60,587 nt of DNA from the NCBI GenBank assembly GCA_900128565.1, contig LT635916.1:1-60587 (forward strand), given 5' to 3'. This document shows positions 43,325-54,126 of the stretch, in pieces. The first letter of the stretch is position 1, and each line of letters begins with the position of its first letter. The position numbers were made by a program, and so were the translations under genes. The stretch comes from Stramenopiles sp. TOSAG23-6. Its lineage: Eukaryota. A model generated the notes under the pieces. That model made no database searches. It saw nothing but the letters and a program-made list of their open reading frames with translations, and was not told the DNA's origin.

Positions 43325-44578
43325 TTATTTTTTATCTCTCAAATCGACAACTAAAACCAAAATATTATCTGTGCTACCACGTTCAAAAGCACGCGAAGTC
43401 AGAGCGGACGCAATATGACTTGCTTCTAATGAAATACTTTGGGTAGTGTGCTGAGTATTTTTAGAACTCTCTACTTTATTCGTATTTTTTTTATCAGTAG
43501 TTTTTCCATCATTTTCACCAGTAACTTTTTTGTCAATAGTACCATTTCTATCATCAGTAACATTGTTGGAATTTTCAAAGGCTAATTTTCTTTGAGTCGA
43601 TGCTACAATATCGACAATATCTGTTTCCTTAAGAACGTCCCATAGTCCATCCGTTGCAATAACAAGCCAATTATCTCTACTTTTATCATAGGTATGTACT
43701 TGAATATCAGGTTCCGCTATAACAAATCGTTTAAGTCTACGATCACCAAATGCACGGGAGACAGCAAGTACACCTTCGACTCTCCATACACCCTGATGAA
43801 TGACTATACCACCTGCTTTTTGTATTCTAGATAACTCACTAGGAACATTAGGTTTGTGGTCTTTTGATAGAGCTATAGCTTCATCACCGCGTAGAAGAAC
43901 AGCTCGTGAGTCACCAACATTAGCCACGTATAATTTATTTTCACGAGCCATCACTACACATGCTGTTGAGCCATCATCGTAAAAATTGGCAGAAGCAACC
44001 TCAAGAAATCGTCGATCACACTCACTGAAGCCATTATTTAACGCCTTCGTAATACATGCTTCTTTATCTGCAACATTTTTAATACGAATAGTTGAACCAG
44101 CATTTGAAATACATTTTACAATATTTTGCATGCAATAATCAGCTGCTTTGCATCCACCATGACCGTCAAATACCCCAAAATATGAAATACTATCATTTGT
44201 ATCTGTATTACTTCCATCGACACCAACCCAGTCAGGAGTTACTGAAACTAAATATCGATCTTCCATATATGGTCGATATCCTTGGAGTTGTCGAACTGCA
44301 TAAGGATATAAAGTCTTAACTAATTCGCCTGGCGCTTCTGGATTTTCTGGCGTTGAGCTAACAAGGTCACTCATATAAGAACGTCCACCAAATATACCCA
44401 GCGAAGAAGATGAGCTAATATGAGTGGAGGATACTAATAAAACTCTTATACCATATATGACTAAATATACGCCAATAAATAACATAAATGTTTGTAAAGA
44501 TGGAGACGACACTATTAAGTCTATAGCATTTTGTTCACTGCCAATAAAATCAAGCCAATAATCAACACTAAACATCAT
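43325..44578 (-). CDS. PP2C (PPM) protein phosphatase with N-terminal TM segment
   Basis: RPYMEDR, FGVFDGHGG, ANVGDSRAVL, DHKP, LAVSRAFGD, ATDGLWD, GSTDNI. Confidence 0.95.
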   Translation of the reverse strand: MMFSVDYWLDFIGSEQNAIDLIVSSPSLQTFMLFIGVYLVIYGIRVLLVSSTHISSSSSLGIFGGRSYMSDLVSSTPENPEAPGELVKTLYPYAVRQLQGYRPYMEDRYLVSVTPDWVGVDGSNTDTNDSISYFGVFDGHGGCKAADYCMQNIVKCISNAGSTIRIKNVADKEACITKALNNGFSECDRRFLEVASANFYDDGSTACVVMARENKLYVANVGDSRAVLLRGDEAIALSKDHKPNVPSELSRIQKAGGIVIHQGVWRVEGVLAVSRAFGDRRLKRFVIAEPDIQVHTYDKSRDNWLVIATDGLWDVLKETDIVDIVASTQRKLAFENSNNVTDDRNGTIDKKVTGENDGKTTDKKNTNKVESSKNTQHTTQSISLEASHIASALTSRAFERGSTDNILVLVVDLRDKK

Positions 44579-44813
44579 CCTAGAAATTGAATGATTACAG
44601 CTAACAGGTAGTAGCTCTTTCCTTGCGAATCAGAATAGAATGACAACTGAACTGATCGACTCTCTATCCTCAAAACGTGCCACGTGGCACTATAATTTCA
44701 AATGCATGACTGACCGCGACTCGACTTATAAGTTATATAACCTCCTTATAATATATAGTATGATCCGAAAGAAATAAGCGATTATTTTTTGCTTCAACTC
44801 ATTGCCTACCACG

Positions 44814-47800
44814 ATGTTTCTTGGGCTATTTTTGTTTATAGTGTTGCTCAATCTTCAAAAACCAGTAATGTCAAGCGGCTTATTTTGTTGTTGGAGACAT
44901 ACCAGAGTAGTAGCGGTTGAGGTAGGGTTGAAAGTTAAGAGAACATCGAGTCACTGTGTGACTAAAGACAAGAGTGTCGTTGATGTATTGGAGTCAGCGT
45001 TAGTTCAGTTGCGGCCGACTTTATGTTCTGACTTATTTTACAGCAACGAAGGTACTTTCTCTATTTGTCTCGTACGCTCGAAAATTATAGAACACTCGCG
45101 GGACGTGTTTGATGATGAATTTAAATCAAAAATTTGTGCAGCAGGTTTTGTCAGTGAATATCCAAGTTCCGGTTTGTATTTTCAAAGTATGTATAAACTT
45201 CTTTATACTCATGGTAGTTGGGCTCATATTAAGTTACTGAAAAGTTCAGGCAAAGGTCAGTTGAATACATTGTTCCATCCAATTCCAGGTGAAGTTGCTT
45301 TTGCCTCTGCCTCTGTCTCAGATATGGCTCAAATATTTCTTTCATCGGAACATAAAAGTAAAGATAATATTCCATATACTGAAAGAGGGGAATTATTATG
45401 TTTCTGGACGTTAATTCCAGATATTGTCACGGTGGGTCGGTCGACTATGTTTGTGACAGGTACAACAAAAGATGATGGAAGCTATGGAGTGTTTTGGCAC
45501 AAACACGATGCGTCCAACAAAGAGGTAGCCAGTATCCTTGAACGTAAAGTTGCTTTGTGTTCAGAATATAAAGTTAGTAATGGTACGGTATCTATTTGTT
45601 CTCCATTATCATACCCTTCAGAAGTAATTGGAGTTGGAAAAGAAAGTTCCTTTATGGAAGTAAAGTCAAGTTGGTGTTTTCGTGTGTATATAGATCATTT
45701 TAATCCTCTGTTTAAAAAGGGAAGTAATACAGTAAATCCTCTTTACCAAAGCAATATATTCCGGCTAATATATGATTATGGTGATGTGCAAATTGGAAAT
45801 GACATTCCATTAGCAACTTCACTTAATGCAAGCATTGAAAGATTCGAAACTAAAAATGATCCTCTCGTAAGTAGTATTATAATAGAGCCTCATCAGAAAC
45901 ATGAATTTTTAAGTGTTGGTGAAATTAATACCCTGATAGAACCAATACCACTAGATCAATCTATAGTATTTAATGATAGCATATGCAATAATGTAGACAC
46001 TTGTGAGACCACGAAAGATAATGCTGCTGAAAAAAGTATTCAGCGTTACTTTATATTGCCTAATAAATGTATTGTAGTACAACATTACTATGCATTAACC
46101 GAGGCTGAAGCTTTCGAAAATAACTGCCATGTGATAATCAAGTTAATTCGTAAACTTTCTCCACATTTCGACGATGTTCAACTTATTATGAGTGACGATA
46201 CTTTAAAAAATATGAATATGCGCTTATCACAATGGATAATATGGGCATTTATACGAGGTCTGTCTGATAATAACTCAGTCAATAAAATAATTGTTTTAGG
46301 TCAACAGTTAGAAGAAAACAATAATGGAAAACTTATACTTAAAGCAACTAAATTGTTAAATATTAAAATTCGGAATTCAGAAATTATGATTGGAAAAGGA
46401 AACAAACCTGTAGGTATGTCTGTTGTTGTGATTCCACAGAGAAGTCTACAATATTTGTATGTAACACTTTCCTCAGGTATATCAAAATCTTTACCTGCGT
46501 GCGTATTAGATCTTTGGAACCAATTACATATTGTTGGATCATTGTCAAAGTCATTTGTTGTTGTTGTGTGTTATAATAATTGTAAGTTGAATATGGAGAA
46601 AATGCAAAAACTTCTTATCAAATTTATGTCGCGTGACGTTGCAGATACAGCATTAACATCTCAGAAAGATTGGAGAATATTTTATACCAGTAGTTTCAGT
46701 GGATCACAATTGTTTGTAATAGAGCGAATGCATCATTACAATATGCCAGTTCCCTCATTTTTTTACGCTACGATGGAAAATTCAATGCTGAAGAAGCGGG
46801 AAAAGGAGTTACCTACTTTAGGTATTTCCGGTATTGCTGGTATTGCTGGTGTTGCTGTAATAGTTGAACCGCGGAGACATATCAAACTGTCTTATGTTGT
46901 ACATAATGTTTTGAAAATCCTTCCGAATAAATGGATTATTAAAATATATCATGGTAATGGAAATAAAGAGTGGATCTTATCACAAGATCTTTTACAAAGT
47001 GGGTTTATAGAGGGGAAAATTATAATACATGAGTTAGATGTAGCTAACTTAAATGGTTATACTTATTCTGATATTCTAAAATCTGAACGCTTTTGGCGTG
47101 ATATGCCAGCTGAAAATGTGTTGGTTTTTCAAACAGATTCTATTCTTTGCAGTGGAAGTAATTTCAATATTAGTTCGTTTATGCATTTATCCTACGTAGG
47201 ATCATTTTTTGTTTGGCCTCGACATATATCTCGAAACTTAAATGGTGACCGTGGAGGAAATGGTGGATTTTCTTTTCGTCGACGCTCATCTATGCTACGT
47301 GTCATTCGCGAACGTCCTCCACTTCCAACAAGTGAGATTTGTGTTCGACAGATATCTATGATGAATACATCTGAGGTAAAAGAACAATCTTCTACTATGA
47401 AATTTGAATTTAGCCGGTGTTACGAAGATGTGTATTTTGTGATGGGTATTCATTCAATCGCTAGAGAAGATGCCTTTAATGGTTTAGATAATACATCACA
47501 TGTAACTTCAATGCGTCTCGCATCTGTAGTTGATGCACAGCGTTTTGGTATTCAGTACCATTTCGATGATAATTTAAAGCAGTTTGGAATTCATAAAATG
47601 GAAGTACACTTTGATGCAACATTGCAAAAACGTATTCTAGAGTATTGCCCAGAATACACTGAAATTCTCAATATAGAACATGATCTCAAAGTGCAAAATG
47701 TATCTAGTATAGTAAATTCTTCTATTCTGAGTAAACCCAAAGATCCTTTACATTCAAAAAAAAAATCATGGATGACTATTTTAGAATGTAACTCTATACG

Positions 47801-48872
47801 ATATATTCGCGCTTATAATATGAAAGAGACTTTTCCTGCGACGATTAGACCAACTACATTGGTAGATGGTGTTCTTACTCAAAAAAAGATGTCAAGACGA
47901 CCTCGAGTAATTGAAATGTTTACATTTAATAATGAATTTCTAATGCTTGAGGCACACTTAGATGAACTTGCAAGTGTTGTTGATATTTTTGTCATTGCTG
48001 AGGCTACAACAACATTTCAAGGTAAAGCAAAACGTTTGTGGTTCACAGATCTCATCGTGAATAAAGAGGATATACCGAAAAATATCGCTAATACAGGAGG
48101 AAATCTTTTAGGTATTGACGAAGAAGGTCGAAATCGTCTAATTCGTTTCCTTCCCCAAATTCGTGTTGTATCAGTTTCAGATATGCCCATATGTTCTTCT
48201 AATGTGGGAGCGGCTTGGTCATGTGAATATTGGCAGCGAAATGCACTACAACGGGGTATACCTGATCTATTGGACGATGACATAGTCATTATAAGCGACG
48301 TTGATGAAATTGTACGCTCTCGTGTTGTGACTGCTATACGAGATTGTAGTATAGCATTACCTGCAACATTGTCTCTCCAATTTCACTACTATTCAGTTAA
48401 TTGGCGAAAACAATATGAATGGGGTTATCCAAATGTTGTTTGGGGCAAGGAATTGAGAAATAAAACTCCTCAACAAATACGATCATTATCTACTTGGCGC
48501 ATCAAAGAAAGCACGACAAAGAAAGAAAATGCTCATACGGAAGTACAGGAAATGGACTATGATGCGTGGAGGCAAACGTGTAAAATAAAAATACTCGACG
48601 CAGGATGGCATTTTTCCTATTTCATGACACCTCCAGGCATTATTGATAAAATTCACTCGTTTGCTCATACAGAATTTGTTTCGAGTTTTACTGACGATGA
48701 AAATAGTATTGAAAAATTAGTAAAATCAGGCCGTGACATTTTCAATCGGGATACAACGAATAAAAATGGTTGGACTGAAAATCTCGAGAGGACTCCAGAA
48801 GAAAGACTTAAGGACTTACCAAAATTCTTTATTAAGTATAAGCATAATCGTGTTGCACAGTTTTGGTCATAA
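44814..48872 (+). CDS. Large secretory protein: unknown N-terminus, DUF5672-like domain and GT17 (MGAT3-like) GlcNAc transferase domain
   Basis: AVIVEPR...LVFQTDSILC...GNGGFSFR...EDVYF; FTFNNEFLMLE...FVIAEATTTFQG...QRNAL...IISDVDEI...AGWHFSY. Confidence 0.8.
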   Translation: MFLGLFLFIVLLNLQKPVMSSGLFCCWRHTRVVAVEVGLKVKRTSSHCVTKDKSVVDVLESALVQLRPTLCSDLFYSNEGTFSICLVRSKIIEHSRDVFDDEFKSKICAAGFVSEYPSSGLYFQSMYKLLYTHGSWAHIKLLKSSGKGQLNTLFHPIPGEVAFASASVSDMAQIFLSSEHKSKDNIPYTERGELLCFWTLIPDIVTVGRSTMFVTGTTKDDGSYGVFWHKHDASNKEVASILERKVALCSEYKVSNGTVSICSPLSYPSEVIGVGKESSFMEVKSSWCFRVYIDHFNPLFKKGSNTVNPLYQSNIFRLIYDYGDVQIGNDIPLATSLNASIERFETKNDPLVSSIIIEPHQKHEFLSVGEINTLIEPIPLDQSIVFNDSICNNVDTCETTKDNAAEKSIQRYFILPNKCIVVQHYYALTEAEAFENNCHVIIKLIRKLSPHFDDVQLIMSDDTLKNMNMRLSQWIIWAFIRGLSDNNSVNKIIVLGQQLEENNNGKLILKATKLLNIKIRNSEIMIGKGNKPVGMSVVVIPQRSLQYLYVTLSSGISKSLPACVLDLWNQLHIVGSLSKSFVVVVCYNNCKLNMEKMQKLLIKFMSRDVADTALTSQKDWRIFYTSSFSGSQLFVIERMHHYNMPVPSFFYATMENSMLKKREKELPTLGISGIAGIAGVAVIVEPRRHIKLSYVVHNVLKILPNKWIIKIYHGNGNKEWILSQDLLQSGFIEGKIIIHELDVANLNGYTYSDILKSERFWRDMPAENVLVFQTDSILCSGSNFNISSFMHLSYVGSFFVWPRHISRNLNGDRGGNGGFSFRRRSSMLRVIRERPPLPTSEICVRQISMMNTSEVKEQSSTMKFEFSRCYEDVYFVMGIHSIAREDAFNGLDNTSHVTSMRLASVVDAQRFGIQYHFDDNLKQFGIHKMEVHFDATLQKRILEYCPEYTEILNIEHDLKVQNVSSIVNSSILSKPKDPLHSKKKSWMTILECNSIRYIRAYNMKETFPATIRPTTLVDGVLTQKKMSRRPRVIEMFTFNNEFLMLEAHLDELASVVDIFVIAEATTTFQGKAKRLWFTDLIVNKEDIPKNIANTGGNLLGIDEEGRNRLIRFLPQIRVVSVSDMPICSSNVGAAWSCEYWQRNALQRGIPDLLDDDIVIISDVDEIVRSRVVTAIRDCSIALPATLSLQFHYYSVNWRKQYEWGYPNVVWGKELRNKTPQQIRSLSTWRIKESTTKKENAHTEVQEMDYDAWRQTCKIKILDAGWHFSYFMTPPGIIDKIHSFAHTEFVSSFTDDENSIEKLVKSGRDIFNRDTTNKNGWTENLERTPEERLKDLPKFFIKYKHNRVAQFWS

Positions 48873-48892
48873 ATTCATTTAAATAAATATAT

Positions 48893-50611
48893 TTACTTTC
48901 TAATCAAGTACCCTATATACACTAATTCTAAAATAAGTAATTTGCAAAACTCCGGTGTTACACAATCATCACTTTCCATAAATAATGTAGCGAAAGTGGG
49001 AATGTCAAAATCAAAATCTGGTTCTTTAGTTAATATATTCTGTAGACGCATTAAAATAGTTGTAGCTACCCCCATATTTGACTCATCTGAAATAATGGTC
49101 TGGTGCAGGGACTGAGCATCATCATTACCAAAATTTACATGCAAAGCAAATACGACTTTTTTGTCATTGCATTGATTGTTTGTTCTAGAGCTAACAATAT
49201 CGGATGTGTCGCTTGTTTCTCCAAGGCCAGGTACCTCATTTGAAGATATAAGTACAGCCAATGGATTTTTACGAAAATGAATGTTTTTGGAAGATTGATC
49301 CACTTCTTTGCGCATTGAAGAAAGTATTTCATTTTCAGCAGCAGAATGTGTTCCAAATAATTCAAACTGGCGAACACCACCAAAACTTGGGCCTCCCAGG
49401 GAACGACCCGATACTTCAATTACAACTTCTTCTTCAACTTCGGCTTCGCCGTCATTTATCACAACATTATCTTTCATATCTGCGTTACAATGATTTTCCT
49501 TGGGTTTCACTAAATATTCTTGGGCAATATTTGCAGCATATGGAGTAAGCATTTGTTTGGGAAGTATTGAATCCGAAGTCAATTTATTCTTAACAATATC
49601 AGGGAGTTTATGTAAAAGATTTCTAAGATGGTCTTGGGCTTTCTGTGGTGTTGTAGTGCATATTCCTTGACGAAACGAATCATCTTGCCATAACACTTGA
49701 CGTACAGCACTAGAAACAATATCTGCCCAACAGAGAGTTTTAAGACTAACATTTATCGATATACTGTCTTCAACACACTCAACTCTATGCCACATTCCAG
49801 CAGGAAAGTAAAAACAATCTCCAGGATACAACACAATTTCATCAAACGTTTCTGGATCTTTCACTTGCTGCTGGAACGGACAACTTTGATTAATAGAACG
49901 GAGTTTATGTATTTTTGCCTGCATTTCAATTACACCAACTTCTTCTTTATAATGAGGCGTGCAGCCTCTAATAGGACTAGGTGGCCCAGGTTTAAGTTTC
50001 CATCTTTTAATACCACTAAGCTGAAAAGTGAAATTCTCCATGAAATCAAAATGCCAATCGGTTACGTGACCTTTTTTGCTGATGAATGTCTCAATCTCTC
50101 CCTTATTGTCGCCATCTGGAAACACACCAGCAAAGTTTAAGCCCAATTCGCGCTGAAATGGTGTTACCAATGCATCAGATAATTCTTGTGGAGCACGAAA
50201 ATATAAGGATGCTCCAGAGCGATGTAAAATGTGAGCAGTATGTGGGTTATCAACAGTAATGGATTCGAGAGCTTCAGTTTTGCCTAAATCTTTTAGCCAG
50301 GCGTGAATCTCTTCGCTTGGAGTTTGCTGAAGTAATTCCATCAGATCAAGATCACTCAAATGTTCAGAAATCATCATGCTGAAACGGGAAACATTTCCAT
50401 GAGTTACAAAAGCCCGCTTCTTCCAATTTTTAGATAGAAACTCTGACACTGTTAAAGGATGACAAAATGTCGATAAAATACCTTGACTATTTGACCCACT
50501 ACCTAAAACCATGGGAGAGATATCAATTTTTATTTCATCGACGCAATTATAAGATGCATTCTCGGATAATGTACCAGCTGTCTTTTGCCTTTTTGCAGTG
50601 GGTTCAGACAT
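48893..50611 (-). CDS. JmjC/cupin 2OG-Fe(II) oxygenase, ribosomal oxygenase (NO66/YcfD)-like
   Basis: FLSKNWKKRAF, WHFD (HxD), FQLSGIKRW, LYPGDCFYFPAGMWH. Confidence 0.85.
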   Translation of the reverse strand: MSEPTAKRQKTAGTLSENASYNCVDEIKIDISPMVLGSGSNSQGILSTFCHPLTVSEFLSKNWKKRAFVTHGNVSRFSMMISEHLSDLDLMELLQQTPSEEIHAWLKDLGKTEALESITVDNPHTAHILHRSGASLYFRAPQELSDALVTPFQRELGLNFAGVFPDGDNKGEIETFISKKGHVTDWHFDFMENFTFQLSGIKRWKLKPGPPSPIRGCTPHYKEEVGVIEMQAKIHKLRSINQSCPFQQQVKDPETFDEIVLYPGDCFYFPAGMWHRVECVEDSISINVSLKTLCWADIVSSAVRQVLWQDDSFRQGICTTTPQKAQDHLRNLLHKLPDIVKNKLTSDSILPKQMLTPYAANIAQEYLVKPKENHCNADMKDNVVINDGEAEVEEEVVIEVSGRSLGGPSFGGVRQFELFGTHSAAENEILSSMRKEVDQSSKNIHFRKNPLAVLISSNEVPGLGETSDTSDIVSSRTNNQCNDKKVVFALHVNFGNDDAQSLHQTIISDESNMGVATTILMRLQNILTKEPDFDFDIPTFATLFMESDDCVTPEFCKLLILELVYIGYLIRK

Positions 50612-50873
50612 ATTAAACTGAAGGGTAGTAACTTCGAGAACTTAGGTAGTTGTTTGTGTAAGTAGTAGGAGGAAAGTTGACTTGCAAGTTTGCACTTGCT
50701 ATATAAAAAAAGAATGGTTCTTCGAAACACACGAAATCGAAAATCGGAAATTAAAAATTTAATCGCGGGTCGCGAAGAAGTCAAAATCGAAAATCAAATC
50801 ATAATCAAAAATCATCTTTCACCGCTCCTCCTCTCTGCTCTCACTCACTAGTACTAACAACTTATATTTGAAA

Positions 50874-53215
50874 ATGAATCAAATCATTTCAGTTAAAGTC
50901 TGGTTTAAAACCATTTTATTAACTATATTAGTGGTAAATGCTTCCAATGTATTGGAAAATTGCATTGATGTGGATACTTTATGCGCAGATCTCAATACTG
51001 AGTGCACAGGTCAACTCCATTCCAACGCAGATGTCGACCTATGCACTGAGTTATGGCAACGCTGTAGAAATATACAAGCTGATTGCAACAAAGAAAGGTA
51101 TTTTAACGCCAGCAGCGTTACATATAATCCAGATATACATCAACATACTTCAACAAATCGACTCTTAGCATCTTTGTCAATGAAAAAATCTTTAACAAAA
51201 GTTGAAGCAAAAAAGCTTATTTTGAGTGGAGCCAATGTTCATGCCCGAACCTTTCGCAATGCAACTGCACTTATGCTGGCTGTTTCACACCAAATACCTT
51301 CCCCCGAGCTTATAGAGACTTTACTTTTGGCTGGAGCTGACCCCAATGAAGAAAATTCTTTCAAAGAGACAACTTTGCATTTACTTCTGGTAAATTGGAG
51401 TGTAGCGTCCAATAACCAGTGGAATGTTTTTGAACAAACTCTTGACTTACTTCTCAAATTTGGTGGAGATAGTAGTTTAGGTGATCAATATGGACAAACA
51501 CCCCTACACATTGCGGTATCAACACATAATTTATCTGCGACAGAAGCATTTTTTATCCGTCAGCCATTTGCTGTTGAAGCTTGCGCAGTGGACATCGAAG
51601 GCAGGACAGCTTTACATATTGCTGTTGCTCAACCAATGTGGACAAAGATTGTCAGTGCTGCAATTCTCGCCGATAAAAGTAAAACATCTTCCAACACTGC
51701 ATCACATTTGACTAGCTTATCAAAAGATATTGCTTTCATGAATTTTGAATCATGTATTGATATATTTAAATCATATGTTTTGATGGAGAATAAGAAGACT
51801 GACAATGATCAAGGAGATGAATTAAGTATTCATATTACTTATATTTTAAATATATTTTCAGCTTGTGGTTTTAGTAGCCGTATTGTAAGAGCTTTACTTG
51901 AAAATGGAGCTAGCAAATGCATATCAAAAAAGGATGCTTCAGGACTTAGTCCGATAGAATTGGCCGTTGATAATGTTAATATTGCCGCTGTTCGAGAGTT
52001 ACTTAAATATGGTGTAAGAGACACAGCTACAGACATGGATGATATTATAAATATAGCCATTGCTAGAGGTTCTGATTCAATTGTAAAATTGTTATCACAA
52101 TCTACTGAAAAATTGGATGTAAAAATAAATGTAGAAGAAGTTTTTCATGTGGAAGAAAAAAGAAATTTAGCATTATCAGAAGTACAAAGTTTTAATATAA
52201 AGCAACGAAAAATACATGGTGATGGAGGATGGTCGTTTCCATTTAGTAGTCCAGGTGGCCAACTAGAAGATAAATTGGTTGATATGACTCATAATTGGAA
52301 CTCTAACTATTGTAGTCTTGATCAATTGCAAATTGCCGATGTCGATTTTCAGCGTTTTTGGGATGATTATGTGACTACCCGGCGTCCTGTTATTCTTAAA
52401 GGAGCTTTATCAGATAATGCAGGAGCCTGGACAAATTGGCAGAGGATGAATATCGAAGAAACATATGGTTCTATGATATTTCAGGTTGGTCGCCAACCAT
52501 ATCCAAAACAGGTTGGTCAAGAAGAGTGGTCAATGTCTCTTAGTGAATACATGCAATATATGCATCGAACTTGGTCAGAGGAAAATGAAATATTATTGGA
52601 AGAACGCCATGAACCAAAATATATTTTTCAATTCAAAAAATGTAGTAAAATGGGAAATAATACAGGTTTAATTTTTCAGTCGAGACCAATACCAAATTGG
52701 GCTGACGATCTTGGTCATATTGAAGCTTTCAAGCATCCAAATATCCAGCCGAGGCATTTACAATTTTACCTCGGCCCTCCTTTAAGTGGTGCTCCAATGC
52801 ACTTTCACGGTAAATATTAAATTTTACTAAAATACAAAGAGTATTTTTTTTTATCAACTTCAAGTAAATTAATTTTTATCACACTTCACATATTCGAAAT
52901 ATTACAGGTCATGCAATCAATATTTTAGCATATGGTTTGAAACACTGGACATTTATTCCTCCAGGTAAAGCATACACAACAAGTCAAAATGTGGGGAAAC
53001 ATTTTGAAGAAAAAATAAGAAGACTAAAACAGCCCAATTTAAACAATCATAGTACCAGCTGCCTGCAGAGCCCAGGTGATGCAATCTATGTACCAATAGG
53101 GTGGGGGCATGAAGTCATTAATATAAAAACTAGTGTAGGAGCTGCACTTGCATTTGAACAACAAGCAAGTGAAGAAGCAGAAGCATCAGTAATCCCATAT
53201 CATCAGTTAATATAA
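50874..53215 (+). CDS. Signal-peptide ankyrin-repeat protein with JMJD8-like JmjC domain; exons 50874-52809 and 52908-53215
   Basis: Ankyrin motifs; spliced SGAPMHFHG|HAINILAYGLKHWTFIPP...QSPGDAIYVPIGWGHEVIN. Confidence 0.87.
52810..52907 (+). other. Canonical GT-AG intron (98 nt)
   Basis: GTAAAT...ATTACAG; removal restores the JmjC core. Confidence 0.9.
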
Positions 53216-53276
53216 GAAATAAATGTCTCCAATTTTTAATTTTCATCCAAATTAGTTACCCGGGTCCAAATCTGCG

Positions 53277-53290
53277 GGCTAGGGTTAGGG
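53277..53290. promoter_or_regulatory. Telo-box-like motif GGCTAGGGTTAGGG
   Basis: 90 nt before ATG 53381. Confidence 0.55.
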
Positions 53291-53380
53291 CATTTTTGAC
53301 TCGGATAAACGTCAACAACAAGAACGATCGATCGAAGCATAAGTGCGTGCCTATAAGGTGCATTTTACAACTACAATAAA

Positions 53381-53806
53381 ATGGCAACGCGTACTGCACT
53401 TGCTAGACTGTTTAGGCATGGTGGTGTTAGAACTAGACCAAATATTGGTGCTGGTTATGCAATAGCTACTCGTGGAGCTGGTGGTCACATGCAACCTCCA
53501 TTTGTTCGACGTGCCGTTGCATACGACACACTCCCAGAGAGTGATGAGCTTGTGTGGGATGACGGTGTTGCGCCAGAAACCTGTCTTGATTTTGATGCTG
53601 AGCACGTTAGTACGGGTACAGCTTTTGCGTGGCTATTAGGTGGATTTGCCTTTTTTGGGCTATTATATGGTTATCAGACTTTGAAAGATCCAGAAAATAT
53701 GCGTCCAACTGCAACCCGAGTTTTACCGTATGGCAACTGTCGTTTAGCATTAGGTGGCGACCCCAATAAAAACGAAGAAGAAGAGCCCGAAGAAGAAGAG
53801 GAGTAA
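53381..53806 (+). CDS. NDUFB8: Mitochondrial complex I subunit NDUFB8-like (plant/algal type)
   Basis: Arg-rich presequence; DELVWDDGVAPETCLD, single TM (AWLLGGFAFF), LPYGNCRLALGG. Confidence 0.78.
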   Translation: MATRTALARLFRHGGVRTRPNIGAGYAIATRGAGGHMQPPFVRRAVAYDTLPESDELVWDDGVAPETCLDFDAEHVSTGTAFAWLLGGFAFFGLLYGYQTLKDPENMRPTATRVLPYGNCRLALGGDPNKNEEEEPEEEEE

Positions 53807-54126
53807 TGAATGCTCTAGTTAGTCTCATGGTGTTTCTGTGTGAATTTTAGTTGCCTGCAGATAAGTTGCATCTCAATTTTAATGATGTTGTTCTTTAAAC
53901 GTAGGCTTCTACTAGTGATTCTACCTTTGTGTGAGAGGAAAGTGTTAAAGCACTATTTCCATCGTAATAATAGGCAAATAAGAAAACCCCATTTATAAAA
54001 GTCGGTATATTACAAATTAATACCGTTTATTTAAGATCATTCATTACAAATAAATACTGTAAATCATACATATTTTGACTTTGCTGAAACCGCTTTAGTT
54101 GGTGTTTTTCTGTTTCTACCCAAAAA

